Positions 41,639 to 50,476 of a stretch of 64,000 nt of DNA are shown here, piece by piece. Each line of letters begins with the position of its first letter. Within the stretch, counting starts at the first letter, position 1. The position numbers and the translations under genes were made by a program. Below the pieces are notes generated by a model. It was not told where the DNA came from. It saw nothing but the letters and a program-made list of their open reading frames with translations, and did no database searches. This stretch comes from Candidatus Latescibacterota bacterium. Its GTDB lineage: Bacteria > Latescibacterota > UBA2968 > UBA8231. The stretch spans positions 2,656,001 through 2,720,000 of the forward strand of contig OZ253462.1 in assembly GCA_965261395.1 (NCBI GenBank), in the 5' to 3' direction.

Positions 41639-41646
41639 ACGTGGTT

Positions 41647-42045
41647 TTACTTTTTCTGTCGCTGCCGCTTGTGCCGTTCACGCCAAGGTCCCATCAGCTC
41701 CCCGAAGCGCCGCTGCCGCCGATCTAGCCGCAGCAGTTGCTCCTCAGACAACAAGGGGGCCAGCTCGGCCCGCGACGAATCTAGCTGCTCCTTTAATGCC
41801 TCTCGGTGCTTGGCATTGAGTTCGCGGAGCGCTGCGGCGTATCGGCGCAGCACGGCCCGCACGGCTTGGCGCTGCTCTTCGTCCTGCGGCGCAATCAACC
41901 GCTCGGTGCTGCGGACGAAGTGGCGGGGATGCGGAATGGGCCGCAGCCGGTCGCGAACAAACCACCCGGAGAGCAGGGTGCCGATTAGGACACCGATGAG
42001 CAGGGTGCAAAAGAGAATGAGCGCGCCTTTAGTTTTCCCTCGCAT
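41647..42045 (-). CDS. Membrane-anchored helical periplasmic protein (heavy-metal-sensor/Spy-like)
   Basis: N-terminal TM, LSEEQ motif, third gene of the ECF operon. Confidence 0.65.
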   Translation of the reverse strand: MRGKTKGALILFCTLLIGVLIGTLLSGWFVRDRLRPIPHPRHFVRSTERLIAPQDEEQRQAVRAVLRRYAAALRELNAKHREALKEQLDSSRAELAPLLSEEQLLRLDRRQRRFGELMGPWRERHKRQRQKK

Positions 42046-42046
42046 G

Positions 42047-42457
42047 TCACATGTCCATTACGTACGCCGCTTCGGGCGTGGCAGGCACGGCGGCGAAAAT
42101 CGCGGCGAGGAACGAGGCATCGTCGCCGACTAGTTCGCGTTCGTTCCAGTTGCTCAGTGCCAAAAAGGCGACTAGCACTAAAGCGATTGGGGCGAGGGGG
42201 CGGAAGAGCCACACGAGGGCGTCGGTTAGGCTTTCCTCGTGCTGGCTTTTGATGCGCTGCGCTGCGCGGGCGGCAAAGAACGGCCGGAACGAGTCGGCGC
42301 GGCTCTCCTGCAAAAGGTCGCTGACTTTTTGCAGGTGCTCCCATTCGGCGCGGCGCGCGTCGTCAGTAGCTAGGGCGCGCTCGAATGCCTCGCGCTCGCG
42401 CGCGGTCAATTCGCCGGTCAGCGCCCTTAGCATTTCGTTGCGATAGCTGTCAGTCAT
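42047..42457 (-). CDS. Putative anti-sigma factor
   Basis: Overlaps the ECF gene end; GELTAREREAFE...W anti-sigma-like N-terminus; single TM helix. Confidence 0.75.
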   Translation of the reverse strand: MTDSYRNEMLRALTGELTAREREAFERALATDDARRAEWEHLQKVSDLLQESRADSFRPFFAARAAQRIKSQHEESLTDALVWLFRPLAPIALVLVAFLALSNWNERELVGDDASFLAAIFAAVPATPEAAYVMDM

Positions 42458-43025
42458 ACAAGTCCTCGTCTTTGAGGATGGTCTCTAGTTGTTTCATGCC
42501 GCGCGAAAGTCGAGAGAGCACCGTGCCCTCGGCGATCTCCAGCAGCGCAGCCGTCTCCTTGGTCGAATAGCCCTCGATCATCCGCAGCACCACCACCGCT
42601 CGGAAGGCCGGCTTGAGCTGGTCGAGGGCCGCTTGCACGGCTTGCTCGCGCCCGCGTGCGGCCTGTTCGTCGCGGCCATCGACGCTCGGTTCGGGCGGAG
42701 CCTGTTCGTCGTCGCGGCTCCAGAAGCGCCAGCGCTGCCGCTTGCGGCGCTCTAGCGCATTGAGCGAAAGGTTGATGGCAATGCGGGTCAAATAGGTGCC
42801 CAGCGCCGCGTCGCCGCGAAACTTGTCCAGCGATTGGTAGAAGCGGACAAAGGTCTCCTGCCCCACGTCGTCGGCCTCGTCGCCCGGCCCCAACATGCCC
42901 ACGACTGTGGCGGCCACTTGCGGCTCATAGCACTCGATTAGGGCGCGCAAGGCCGCTTCATCGCCCGTGCGCGCTTGGTCAATTAGGGCGCGGTCTGTGC
43001 CCACTTGCTCCGACATCTCCGACAT
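42450..43025 (-). CDS. ECF RNA polymerase sigma factor
   Basis: Region 2 (ADDVGQETF, YLTRIAIN) and region 4 (EGYSTKETA...GTVLSRLSRG). Start moved to ATG 43025 because the upstream ATG lies inside the -35 box. Confidence 0.92.
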   Translation of the reverse strand: MSEMSEQVGTDRALIDQARTGDEAALRALIECYEPQVAATVVGMLGPGDEADDVGQETFVRFYQSLDKFRGDAALGTYLTRIAINLSLNALERRKRQRWRFWSRDDEQAPPEPSVDGRDEQAARGREQAVQAALDQLKPAFRAVVVLRMIEGYSTKETAALLEIAEGTVLSRLSRGMKQLETILKDEDLYD

Positions 43026-43029
43026 ATTG

Positions 43030-43059
43030 TTAGACAATGTAGGGGCCAAAGGCATTCCC
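43030..43059 (-). promoter_or_regulatory. Putative autoregulatory ECF promoter GGGAATG-N17-GTCTAA
   Basis: Motif ends 4 nt before the ECF ATG and is repeated upstream of the Spy gene. Confidence 0.75.
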
Positions 43060-43125
43060 TAGCCAATAAAAATGCGAAAAGTCGGCAGCCTTGCCGTCCG
43101 TGCCCAATATCCGTTTTCTTTTTTT

Positions 43126-43674
43126 ATGATCTTAGCTATTCTCGCATCCCTGTTGCTGGTGGGTTGCCGCCCCGACCCCCCCAAAGCCCTCGACTTGGCC
43201 GGCAACCCGGTCGATCCGTTTGTCAGCCGCGCTCCCGTTGCGGTTTTGCTCTTTGTCCAGACTGATTGCCCCATTTCCAACCGCTACGCCCCAACCATCG
43301 CGCGTCTCCACGCCCGCTTCCAGCCGCAAGGCGTTGCGTTCTACTTGGTGTATCCCGACCGCCGCGAGGATGAGGACGCCATTCGCCGCCACGGCCAAGA
43401 ATACGGCTTGCCGGGCCAAGCCCTGCGGGACGTGCAGCACGTCCTCGTCAAAAGAGTCGGCGCGACTGTAACCCCAGAAGCCGTGGTTTTAGGTGAGCGC
43501 GGCAACATCGTCTACCGGGGCCGCATTGACGACCGCTACGAAGCCATAGATCAAGTGCGCCCACAGCCGACCCGCAGCGACCTCGCAAACGCCATAGAGT
43601 CCGCCCTCGCCGGCCGCCCCCCGGACCCGAGCGCCACCGAGGCGATTGGCTGCTTTATCACCGACCTGCAATGA
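43126..43674 (+). CDS. Redoxin/AhpC-TSA-fold lipoprotein
   Basis: Lipobox LVGC; TDCPIS, ATVTPE, YRGRIDD and AIGC motifs. Confidence 0.8.
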   Translation: MILAILASLLLVGCRPDPPKALDLAGNPVDPFVSRAPVAVLLFVQTDCPISNRYAPTIARLHARFQPQGVAFYLVYPDRREDEDAIRRHGQEYGLPGQALRDVQHVLVKRVGATVTPEAVVLGERGNIVYRGRIDDRYEAIDQVRPQPTRSDLANAIESALAGRPPDPSATEAIGCFITDLQ

Positions 43675-45341
43675 ATCGCTATTGGGTGCCTTTGGTCGCG
43701 GCCTGCTTTGGATGCAGCGGAGGCGGAGAAGTCCCGGCCTTCAACCGCGACATTGCCCCAATCGTCTTTCAGCACTGCGCCCCCTGCCACCGGCCCGCAG
43801 GCCCAGCCCCTTTTGACTTGCTCAGCTATGAGGATGTGAGCGCGCGCGCCGAGCAGATCGCCTTTGTCACGGAGACCCGCTACATGCCGCCGTGGAAGCC
43901 CAAGCGCGGCTATGGTCGCTTTGTCGGCGAGCGCGGCTTGAGCGCCGAGCAGATCGCCACGATCCGCCGCTGGATTGACCAAGGCGAGCAGGAGGGTAGT
44001 CCTGCCGACCGACCTCCACTGCCCCAATGGGAGGGCGAGTGGGAGCTAGGACAGCCCGACTTAATCGCCTCCATGACATCGGCCTACACCCTGCGGGCCG
44101 ACGGCCCAGATGTCTTCCGCAACTTCGCCATCCCGCTGCCCGTTGACTCGACTCGCTACGTCAAGGCCCTAGAGTTCAAACCGGGCAACGCGCGCATCGT
44201 CCACCACGCCACCATGATGATCGACCGCAGCGGCGCGGCGCGGCGGCGGGACGGGCGCGACGGTGCCCCGGGCTTTGACGGTATGAGCTTTGGCGAGGCC
44301 GAGGACGCCGACGGGCACTTTCTCGGCTGGACCCAGGGCAAGACCCCATACCCCGGCAGCGACAGCTTGGCTTGGCGGCTCAATCCGGGCACGGACCTGC
44401 TGCTACAGTTGCACCTGTTGCCGACCGGCAAAGAGGAGTCCATCGAGGCCCGCGTCGGCCTGTTCTTTGCCGATGCGCCGCCCAAGAGACGCCCGGCCAT
44501 GCTGCGCTTGGGCCGCAAGGACCTAGATATACCAGCCGGCGCAAGCGACTATTGGATCCGCGATACGTACCTGCTGCCCGTGGACGTCGAGGTCCTGACC
44601 ATTTACCCGCACGCCCATTACCTCGGCCGAGAAATCCAAGCGTACGCCGAGTTGCCCAACGGCGAGCGGGAGTGGCTTATCTGGATTGAGGACTGGGACT
44701 TTAGCTGGCAGGACGACTACCGATTTTCCGCGCCGGTCTTCTTGCCGGCTGGCTCGACGCTGGTCATGGAATACGCGTATGACAACTCCGCGCAAAACCC
44801 CCGCCAACCTCACGACCCGCCCGTGCGGGTGCGCTACGGGCTGCACTCGACCGACGAGATGGGCGACCTGACGCTGCAGATTTTGCCGCGCCGCCCCGAG
44901 GACCTGAAGCGACTCCGCCTCGACTTCTACCGCAAGTGGCTAGGGCAGGAAATCGACGGCTACAAGAAGCTACTCGAAGCCGAGTCCCAAGACTGGGACA
45001 CCCACCACACCTTGGCCATGTTCTACATGCGCTCGGGCCAGCGTCCGTTGGCGCTGGAGCATTTCGAGTGGGCGCTGGAATACAACCCAGACTACCCGGA
45101 AGCTCACGTGAATTTTGGGATTGCGCTGGCTCAAGGCCGCCATTGGGAGCGGGCCGTCGCCCACTTTGAACGAGCCTTGCAGCGCAACCCCGATTTTGCC
45201 GAGGCCCACTTCAACTTGGGATTAGTGTTGGAGATGCTGGGCCGCGCCGCCGAGGCCAAGCCCCACTTCGACGCCGTCATTCGCCAGCAGCCAGATATGG
45301 CCGCGGCCATCCAGCAGCGCTTGGCGAAGCTGCGCCGCTAG
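43671..45341 (+). CDS. Lipoprotein: cytochrome c plus PHM-like copper monooxygenase plus TPR
   Basis: CFGC; CAPCH; YMPPW; VHHA, QLH, PHAHY, WDFSWQ and DEM; C-terminal TPRs (PEAHVNFG, AEAHFNLG). Confidence 0.8.
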   Translation: MNRYWVPLVAACFGCSGGGEVPAFNRDIAPIVFQHCAPCHRPAGPAPFDLLSYEDVSARAEQIAFVTETRYMPPWKPKRGYGRFVGERGLSAEQIATIRRWIDQGEQEGSPADRPPLPQWEGEWELGQPDLIASMTSAYTLRADGPDVFRNFAIPLPVDSTRYVKALEFKPGNARIVHHATMMIDRSGAARRRDGRDGAPGFDGMSFGEAEDADGHFLGWTQGKTPYPGSDSLAWRLNPGTDLLLQLHLLPTGKEESIEARVGLFFADAPPKRRPAMLRLGRKDLDIPAGASDYWIRDTYLLPVDVEVLTIYPHAHYLGREIQAYAELPNGEREWLIWIEDWDFSWQDDYRFSAPVFLPAGSTLVMEYAYDNSAQNPRQPHDPPVRVRYGLHSTDEMGDLTLQILPRRPEDLKRLRLDFYRKWLGQEIDGYKKLLEAESQDWDTHHTLAMFYMRSGQRPLALEHFEWALEYNPDYPEAHVNFGIALAQGRHWERAVAHFERALQRNPDFAEAHFNLGLVLEMLGRAAEAKPHFDAVIRQQPDMAAAIQQRLAKLRR

Positions 45342-46201
45342 CCCCCGTTTTTTCCCAACGTCGTCGCTAGCCCCAAGACGAGCTGCCGTCCAGCCGGAAA
45401 ATTGCGCCCATTGAGCGAGAAGCGCACCGCCGCCTCGACCGTCGTGCGCCGGCCGACAGCGTAGAGCAGAGCTGGTGTCAAGTAGGTGATGCGCTTGATC
45501 TCAGCCTCAATACCGCCGAAGACGACCGCCGGATTGCTGCGCAGCACCTCGCATTTGCCCAGCAGCATGAGCTGGCGCACGAGCTGATAGCCCATCTCTG
45601 CGTTGAGGAACCACTCGTCGCCTGGGTCGCGGTCGATCTGCTCGTTGCGGGTGCGGACGCGATAGCCGAGATCGATGTTGCCGTACAAGGGCAGCGGCCA
45701 AAAGGAGCGTCCCACCTGCCCGACAACGTCGAAATCCCACTGCCCTTCACCCACCGGGATCAGCCCGTCTTCGTTTTTGAACTCTCCGGTCGGCACCTTG
45801 ACGCCGGCTTTGAACGCGAGGACCAAAGGCTTGGCCAAAAGGCGCAACTTGGCCAAGGCGCGGATGTCGCTCAGGCCGGTATCTGTGCGGGGTTCGGCAA
45901 ACGCGGCGTTGGCAAAGGATTGATCGAAATAGGGAACCTGCAAGCCGAGATCGAGGCGGTCGGTGACGCCGTACAGGCCCTCGACAAAGACGGCGCGCGA
46001 TTCGTATCGCCCGTCAAAGTCGTAGCGAGCGCGGGTGCCAGGCGCGCCAAAGCGCCCCTTGCCGACATACCACTCTTGGGTGCGCTGCTGGAAATACGTG
46101 AGCTTGCCCCAGAATTGGCCTCTCTGCAAAGTCCAGGCCCCGGCACCCACATCGGCTGCTGCACCTAGGAGTGCCAAACCGACCAACAGGTATTGGATCA
46201 T
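45338..46201 (-). CDS. Putative outer-membrane beta-barrel (MetA-pathway/transporter-like)
   Basis: Signal peptide; amphipathic strands; YGVTDRL, GLSD, KVPTG and GEGQWD motifs. Confidence 0.6.
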   Translation of the reverse strand: MIQYLLVGLALLGAAADVGAGAWTLQRGQFWGKLTYFQQRTQEWYVGKGRFGAPGTRARYDFDGRYESRAVFVEGLYGVTDRLDLGLQVPYFDQSFANAAFAEPRTDTGLSDIRALAKLRLLAKPLVLAFKAGVKVPTGEFKNEDGLIPVGEGQWDFDVVGQVGRSFWPLPLYGNIDLGYRVRTRNEQIDRDPGDEWFLNAEMGYQLVRQLMLLGKCEVLRSNPAVVFGGIEAEIKRITYLTPALLYAVGRRTTVEAAVRFSLNGRNFPAGRQLVLGLATTLGKNGG

Positions 46202-46263
46202 AGCCGCATTCCTTTCGCGTGTTAGGTTCGCGGTTTCCCCGTAGAATAAGTACTTTTAAGGCT

Positions 46264-47547
46264 GTGCATATACTGACTTTAGGAATCAATCACCACACCG
46301 CGCCGGTGGAAATCCGCGAGCGGCTGGCCTTCCCCGAAAGCGATCAGCCCGCGGCCCTAGCCCGGCTCGTCGGCGACTACGGGCTGCACGAGGCGGCCAT
46401 TCTCTCCACCTGCAACCGCTCCGAGCTGTACTTGGCTGCCGATGGCGACAGCGGGCTGGTCCAGGTGCGCCGCTTTCTCGCCGAATGCCAAGGCGTAGAT
46501 GTCGCGGCGCTTGAACCCCACTTCTATCAGCTCAACGACTCAGACGCTGCCATTCACCTTTTTCGCGTCGCCAGCGGCATTGACTCCCTCGTCGTCGGCG
46601 AGTCTCAGATACTCGGGCAAGTGCGGCGCGCGCTGGAAGTGGCCCAGCAAAACGGCTCGGCGCGCCTGTTGCTCAACGAGCTTTTCCAACGCTCGCTGCG
46701 CGTAGGCAAGCGCGCGCGCGCCGAGACGGATATTGGCCGCGGCCGGCTGTCGATTAGTACGGCTGCGGTCGAGCTGGCGGGCCAAGTCTTTGAAAACCTG
46801 ACGGGCTGCTGCGCGCTCTTGGTCGGCGCTGGCGAGATGGGCGCGCTCACGGCCCAGTACTTGGTTGACTCCGGCGTCGAGCGGCTGTTGGTCAGCAGCC
46901 GCACATTTGCCCGCGCCGAGTCGCTGGCCAGCCGCTTGGGCGGCGAGGCCGTGCCCTTTGCGGAACTAGCCACTCAACTCGCCACCGTTGACATCGTCAT
47001 CTCGGCGACCGCGGCTGCGGACTACGTCATCCGGCCCACCGACTTGCACCGGGCTATGGAGCAACGCCGAGGACGCCCGCTGTTCCTCATCGACATTGCC
47101 GTGCCGCGCGACATCGACCCGGCCGCGCGCGACATCGACAACGTCTTCCTGTTCGACGTGGACGATCTCGAACAAGTCGTTGCTGCCAATCGCCAGGAGC
47201 GCGAGGGGGAGATACGCTGCGTGCAAGCCATTATCGACCACGAGCTAAAGGAGTTTTTGCACTGGTTTAACGCCTTGGGCACCGGCCCGCTAATCCGCGC
47301 TTTGCGCCAGCGTGCCGCTCACCTCCAAGAGCAGGAACTCGCGCGCTGGGCTGCCCAACTCGGCCCGCTCGCCGCGGATGATCGCCAGCTCGTCGAGGGC
47401 ATCTTGCGCGGTTACGCCAACAAGCTCTTGCACGATCCGCTCGTGCAGATCCGCGAGTTCGCCAACGACGACGAGGGCTATGTCCGCCTCGATACGGTGC
47501 GCCGCCTCTTCCGGCTCGACGACAAGGCCGAGGAAGAGGGATCGTGA
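46264..47547 (+). CDS. hemA: Glutamyl-tRNA reductase
   Basis: GINHHTAPVEIRE, STCNRSE, GESQILGQ, GAGEMG, DIAVPRD. Start set at GTG 46264. Confidence 0.96.
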   Translation: MHILTLGINHHTAPVEIRERLAFPESDQPAALARLVGDYGLHEAAILSTCNRSELYLAADGDSGLVQVRRFLAECQGVDVAALEPHFYQLNDSDAAIHLFRVASGIDSLVVGESQILGQVRRALEVAQQNGSARLLLNELFQRSLRVGKRARAETDIGRGRLSISTAAVELAGQVFENLTGCCALLVGAGEMGALTAQYLVDSGVERLLVSSRTFARAESLASRLGGEAVPFAELATQLATVDIVISATAAADYVIRPTDLHRAMEQRRGRPLFLIDIAVPRDIDPAARDIDNVFLFDVDDLEQVVAANRQEREGEIRCVQAIIDHELKEFLHWFNALGTGPLIRALRQRAAHLQEQELARWAAQLGPLAADDRQLVEGILRGYANKLLHDPLVQIREFANDDEGYVRLDTVRRLFRLDDKAEEEGS

Positions 47548-48356
47548 CGACATTCTGCATTGTCTCTCTCGTCGCCGCCTTGGCGTGTTACTTGGCTGCC
47601 GCGTTGCTGTTTCAAGGGCACTTCCTCTGGCACCAGAGCGGTTGGGACGCGTTGGGACGCAAGAGCCTGAAGTTGGGTCTGGTCGTACACGCGATCAGCA
47701 TAGTGCTGCACTTCGCGTTTTCCGGCCAAGCCCTCTTCGCCAACATGGTGGTGATCATCACTTCGCTGGTCATGGCCTTGGTAGTCGCGGGCCTGCTCGG
47801 CGAGCGCTATGCGCGCATTCGCCACCTCGGCCTGCTGACCGCGCCTTTGGCCTTTCTCGGCCTGCTCTATCCGCTGCTGTTGCCCATCCGCTTTGCGGAG
47901 GCCGAGTCGATTCTCGTGGAATATCCCTTCCTCGGCATCCACGTGGTGCTGACCTTGCTTGGGCACGTAGGCTTCGCGCTGGCGTTCTGCTCAGCGGTCG
48001 GCTATCTCGTCCAACACCAGGCCCTAAAAAAGGGGCGGCTCAATAGCTACCTGCCTGCGCTCGACACGGCTGCCGCGGCGACCTTTCGCTTTGCCGGGGG
48101 GGGCTTTTCACTCTTTACCTTGGGCTTGGGCATGGGCGTGATTTGGCTCTTTGGCGCACCGGGCGAATACCTCGCGGGTGGGGATACCAAAATCTGGCTG
48201 GCCCTGCCGACATGGTTCGTCTTTGGTATCTATCTCTATCTGCGCGGCATTGGCCGCCGGCACGGTCGTCGCCTCAAGTGGCTGGTAATTGCGGGGTTTG
48301 TGCTGGGGCTGATCAACCTGCTGTGGGTGCGCCACGATTTCGTCAATTTTGTCTAG
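47544..48356 (+). CDS. Cytochrome c assembly CcsA/HemX-family membrane protein
   Basis: About eight TM helices, conserved His (IHV), DTK motif, C-terminal His; coupled to hemA. Confidence 0.75.
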   Translation: MTTFCIVSLVAALACYLAAALLFQGHFLWHQSGWDALGRKSLKLGLVVHAISIVLHFAFSGQALFANMVVIITSLVMALVVAGLLGERYARIRHLGLLTAPLAFLGLLYPLLLPIRFAEAESILVEYPFLGIHVVLTLLGHVGFALAFCSAVGYLVQHQALKKGRLNSYLPALDTAAAATFRFAGGGFSLFTLGLGMGVIWLFGAPGEYLAGGDTKIWLALPTWFVFGIYLYLRGIGRRHGRRLKWLVIAGFVLGLINLLWVRHDFVNFV

Positions 48357-48387
48357 TGCGCTGCCCCCTCATTAATCGCGCTTCATC

Positions 48388-48417
48388 CGTAGGGGCGGTC
48401 CGCAAGCCGCCCCTACG
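48388..48417. repeat. GTAG-type REP-like palindrome
   Basis: CGTAGGGGCGG-TCCGCAAG-CCGCCCCTACG, perfect 11-bp inverted repeat, intergenic. Confidence 0.65.
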
Positions 48418-48616
48418 CCGCCCCCTTCCGCACCAATCCCTCCTTACCGTCCACAAGCTGTAGCGCAATCGCAACACGGCTGTTTCTTCCATACTACACC
48501 GCGTCGCCTAGCAAAGAGCCGTCGTCCAGAGTGCAAGATGATTTGAGCGATTGGTCTGCATTTTGCATAAGCCATTTAGCCGATTATCTTTGACCCCATA
48601 CCAAAGGATGCCCACC

Positions 48617-48952
48617 ATGTCCACCCCACAACCCTCTCCCGAGCTCACCACTCGCGATGTTTTGCAGCAGATCGACCATCGCCTGAGTCTCATCGAGACG
48701 GATGTGCGCGAAAACAATACCAAAATTGAGGCTAAGATCGACGCTCTTGGGGCCAAAACCGAGGCCAAGATCGTCGATCTTGACCGCAAATTTGAAGACA
48801 AGATCGACGCGCTTGACCACAAAGTCGAAGGCAAGATTGAAGTCGAAATACGCGAACTACGCCGCGAGCTTAACGGCAAATTTAACTTGGTTTTCGGTTT
48901 GGTCATCACCACTTGGCTGTCGATGATGGGTACGCTTCTCTTCAAATTGTAG
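48617..48952 (+). CDS. Coiled-coil KID-repeat protein with C-terminal TM anchor (Bdr/DUF1640-like)
   Basis: 11-aa repeats KIEAKIDALGA/KTEAKIVDLDR/KFEDKIDALDH; hydrophobic C-terminus; AAGGA RBS. Confidence 0.7.
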   Translation: MSTPQPSPELTTRDVLQQIDHRLSLIETDVRENNTKIEAKIDALGAKTEAKIVDLDRKFEDKIDALDHKVEGKIEVEIRELRRELNGKFNLVFGLVITTWLSMMGTLLFKL

Positions 48953-49172
48953 ATACGGTCACGCTCCCTTCTGTACCAACCCCGCTCTATCGCTCCACAA
49001 GCGCAAAATCCGCGCCGGTTCGCGCAACAAATGCATGTGGAATGACCCCACTCGACGCGCTCGCTGGTTGATCGCCATGTGAACTCGACGCGTAGCCGCG
49101 AGGGATTTGTATCGCCGTCGTTCTGCCGTATCTTCTGTCGCCTACATAAATAAGGAGTCATAAATACCCGAT

Positions 49173-50420
49173 ATGCCCCTCGACCAGATGCTCACCCCGG
49201 AAGAAGCCCGCGCCATCGTCCTTGAGCACGTGCAAGTCCTCGGCCCCGAGCGCGTCTCCCTGCTCGACGCTACGGGCCGCGTACTCGCCCAAGACGTGTT
49301 GGCACGCCGCGACAATCCGCCCTGCGACAACTCGGCCATGGACGGCTATGCCGTGCGCCATGCGGACGTAGCCGCAGCGCGGGACGATGCACCCGTAGCC
49401 TTGGAGATCATCGAAGACATACCGGCCGGCAAGGTGCCGCAAAAAGCGGTCGGACCCGGTCAAGCCAGCCGCATTATGACGGGCGCGGCCGTACCCGTCG
49501 GAGCCGATACCATTGCCCCGGTAGAAGACACCCGCTCCGCTGGGCAGGGGGTCGAGATCCTCGCCATTGAAGAGTGCGGCGCACACATTCGCCGGCGCGG
49601 CGAGGACATGCGCTGCGGCGAGCCGATCATCAAGGCCGGTACCGAGTGCGGTCCCGGCGAACTAGCCGTGCTCGCCGCCGTGCAGCAGAGCTTCGTCTCG
49701 GTCTATCGCCGGCCGCGCGTGGCCATCCTCTCTACCGGCGACGAGCTAGTCGAGGTCGAGGAGACGCCCGGAGAAGGCCAGATCGTCAACAGCAATACGT
49801 GCGCTCTCGCCGCCTTCTGCCACGCCCACGGAGCCGAACCAGTGATGCTGCCCACAGTCCCGGACGACGAGGCCGTGATCCGCTCCACCATTGAGGCCGC
49901 AATCCGTGCTGACTTCGCCGTCTCCTCAGGCGGCGTCTCAGTCGGCGAATACGACTTTGTCAGAAAGGTCCTCGACGACTTGGGGGCCGAGACGATCTTC
50001 TGGCGCGTGGCCATGAAACCAGGCAAGCCGCTGGTCTTCTGCACGGTCGGCGGCGTGCCGTACTTTGGCCTACCCGGCAACCCGGTATCGAGCATGATGT
50101 CCTTTCTCCAGTTCGTGCGCCCGGCCATCCGCAAGGCCGCAGGCTATCCGCAAGCGGCGTGGTTTTTGCCCGAGGCGCACGCCCGGGTGGAAAGCCCCTG
50201 CGACAACGACGGCGACCGCCGCCAGTACATGCGCGCCACCTTGCGCTACCAAAATGGTCAGTTCTGGGTGCGTCCCGCCCGCCGCCAAGGCTCGCACATC
50301 ATCAGCTCTATGCTCAACGCCAACAGCTTTGTCGTCCTCGAACCACACCAGCGCGCCGAAATCGGCGACCAAGTCATGGTGCAGGTCGTTGGAGAGTTAG
50401 TGATGAGTGGTGAGGGATAG
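49173..50420 (+). CDS. moeA: Molybdopterin molybdenumtransferase
   Basis: NSAMDGYA, IMTGA, STGDEL, SGGVSVG, MKPGKP, GLPGNPVS. Confidence 0.96.
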   Translation: MPLDQMLTPEEARAIVLEHVQVLGPERVSLLDATGRVLAQDVLARRDNPPCDNSAMDGYAVRHADVAAARDDAPVALEIIEDIPAGKVPQKAVGPGQASRIMTGAAVPVGADTIAPVEDTRSAGQGVEILAIEECGAHIRRRGEDMRCGEPIIKAGTECGPGELAVLAAVQQSFVSVYRRPRVAILSTGDELVEVEETPGEGQIVNSNTCALAAFCHAHGAEPVMLPTVPDDEAVIRSTIEAAIRADFAVSSGGVSVGEYDFVRKVLDDLGAETIFWRVAMKPGKPLVFCTVGGVPYFGLPGNPVSSMMSFLQFVRPAIRKAAGYPQAAWFLPEAHARVESPCDNDGDRRQYMRATLRYQNGQFWVRPARRQGSHIISSMLNANSFVVLEPHQRAEIGDQVMVQVVGELVMSGEG

Positions 50421-50476
50421 CGGCAAAAAATCGCGACCTCTAGCGCCACCCGGTCGCTTCACCCTTAGGATCCGTT

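Noticed and set aside
48953-49172. Possible Moco riboswitch upstream of moeA (ACTCGACGCG occurs twice)
   Set aside because: No convincing conserved structure by eye; an Rfam/Infernal search would be needed
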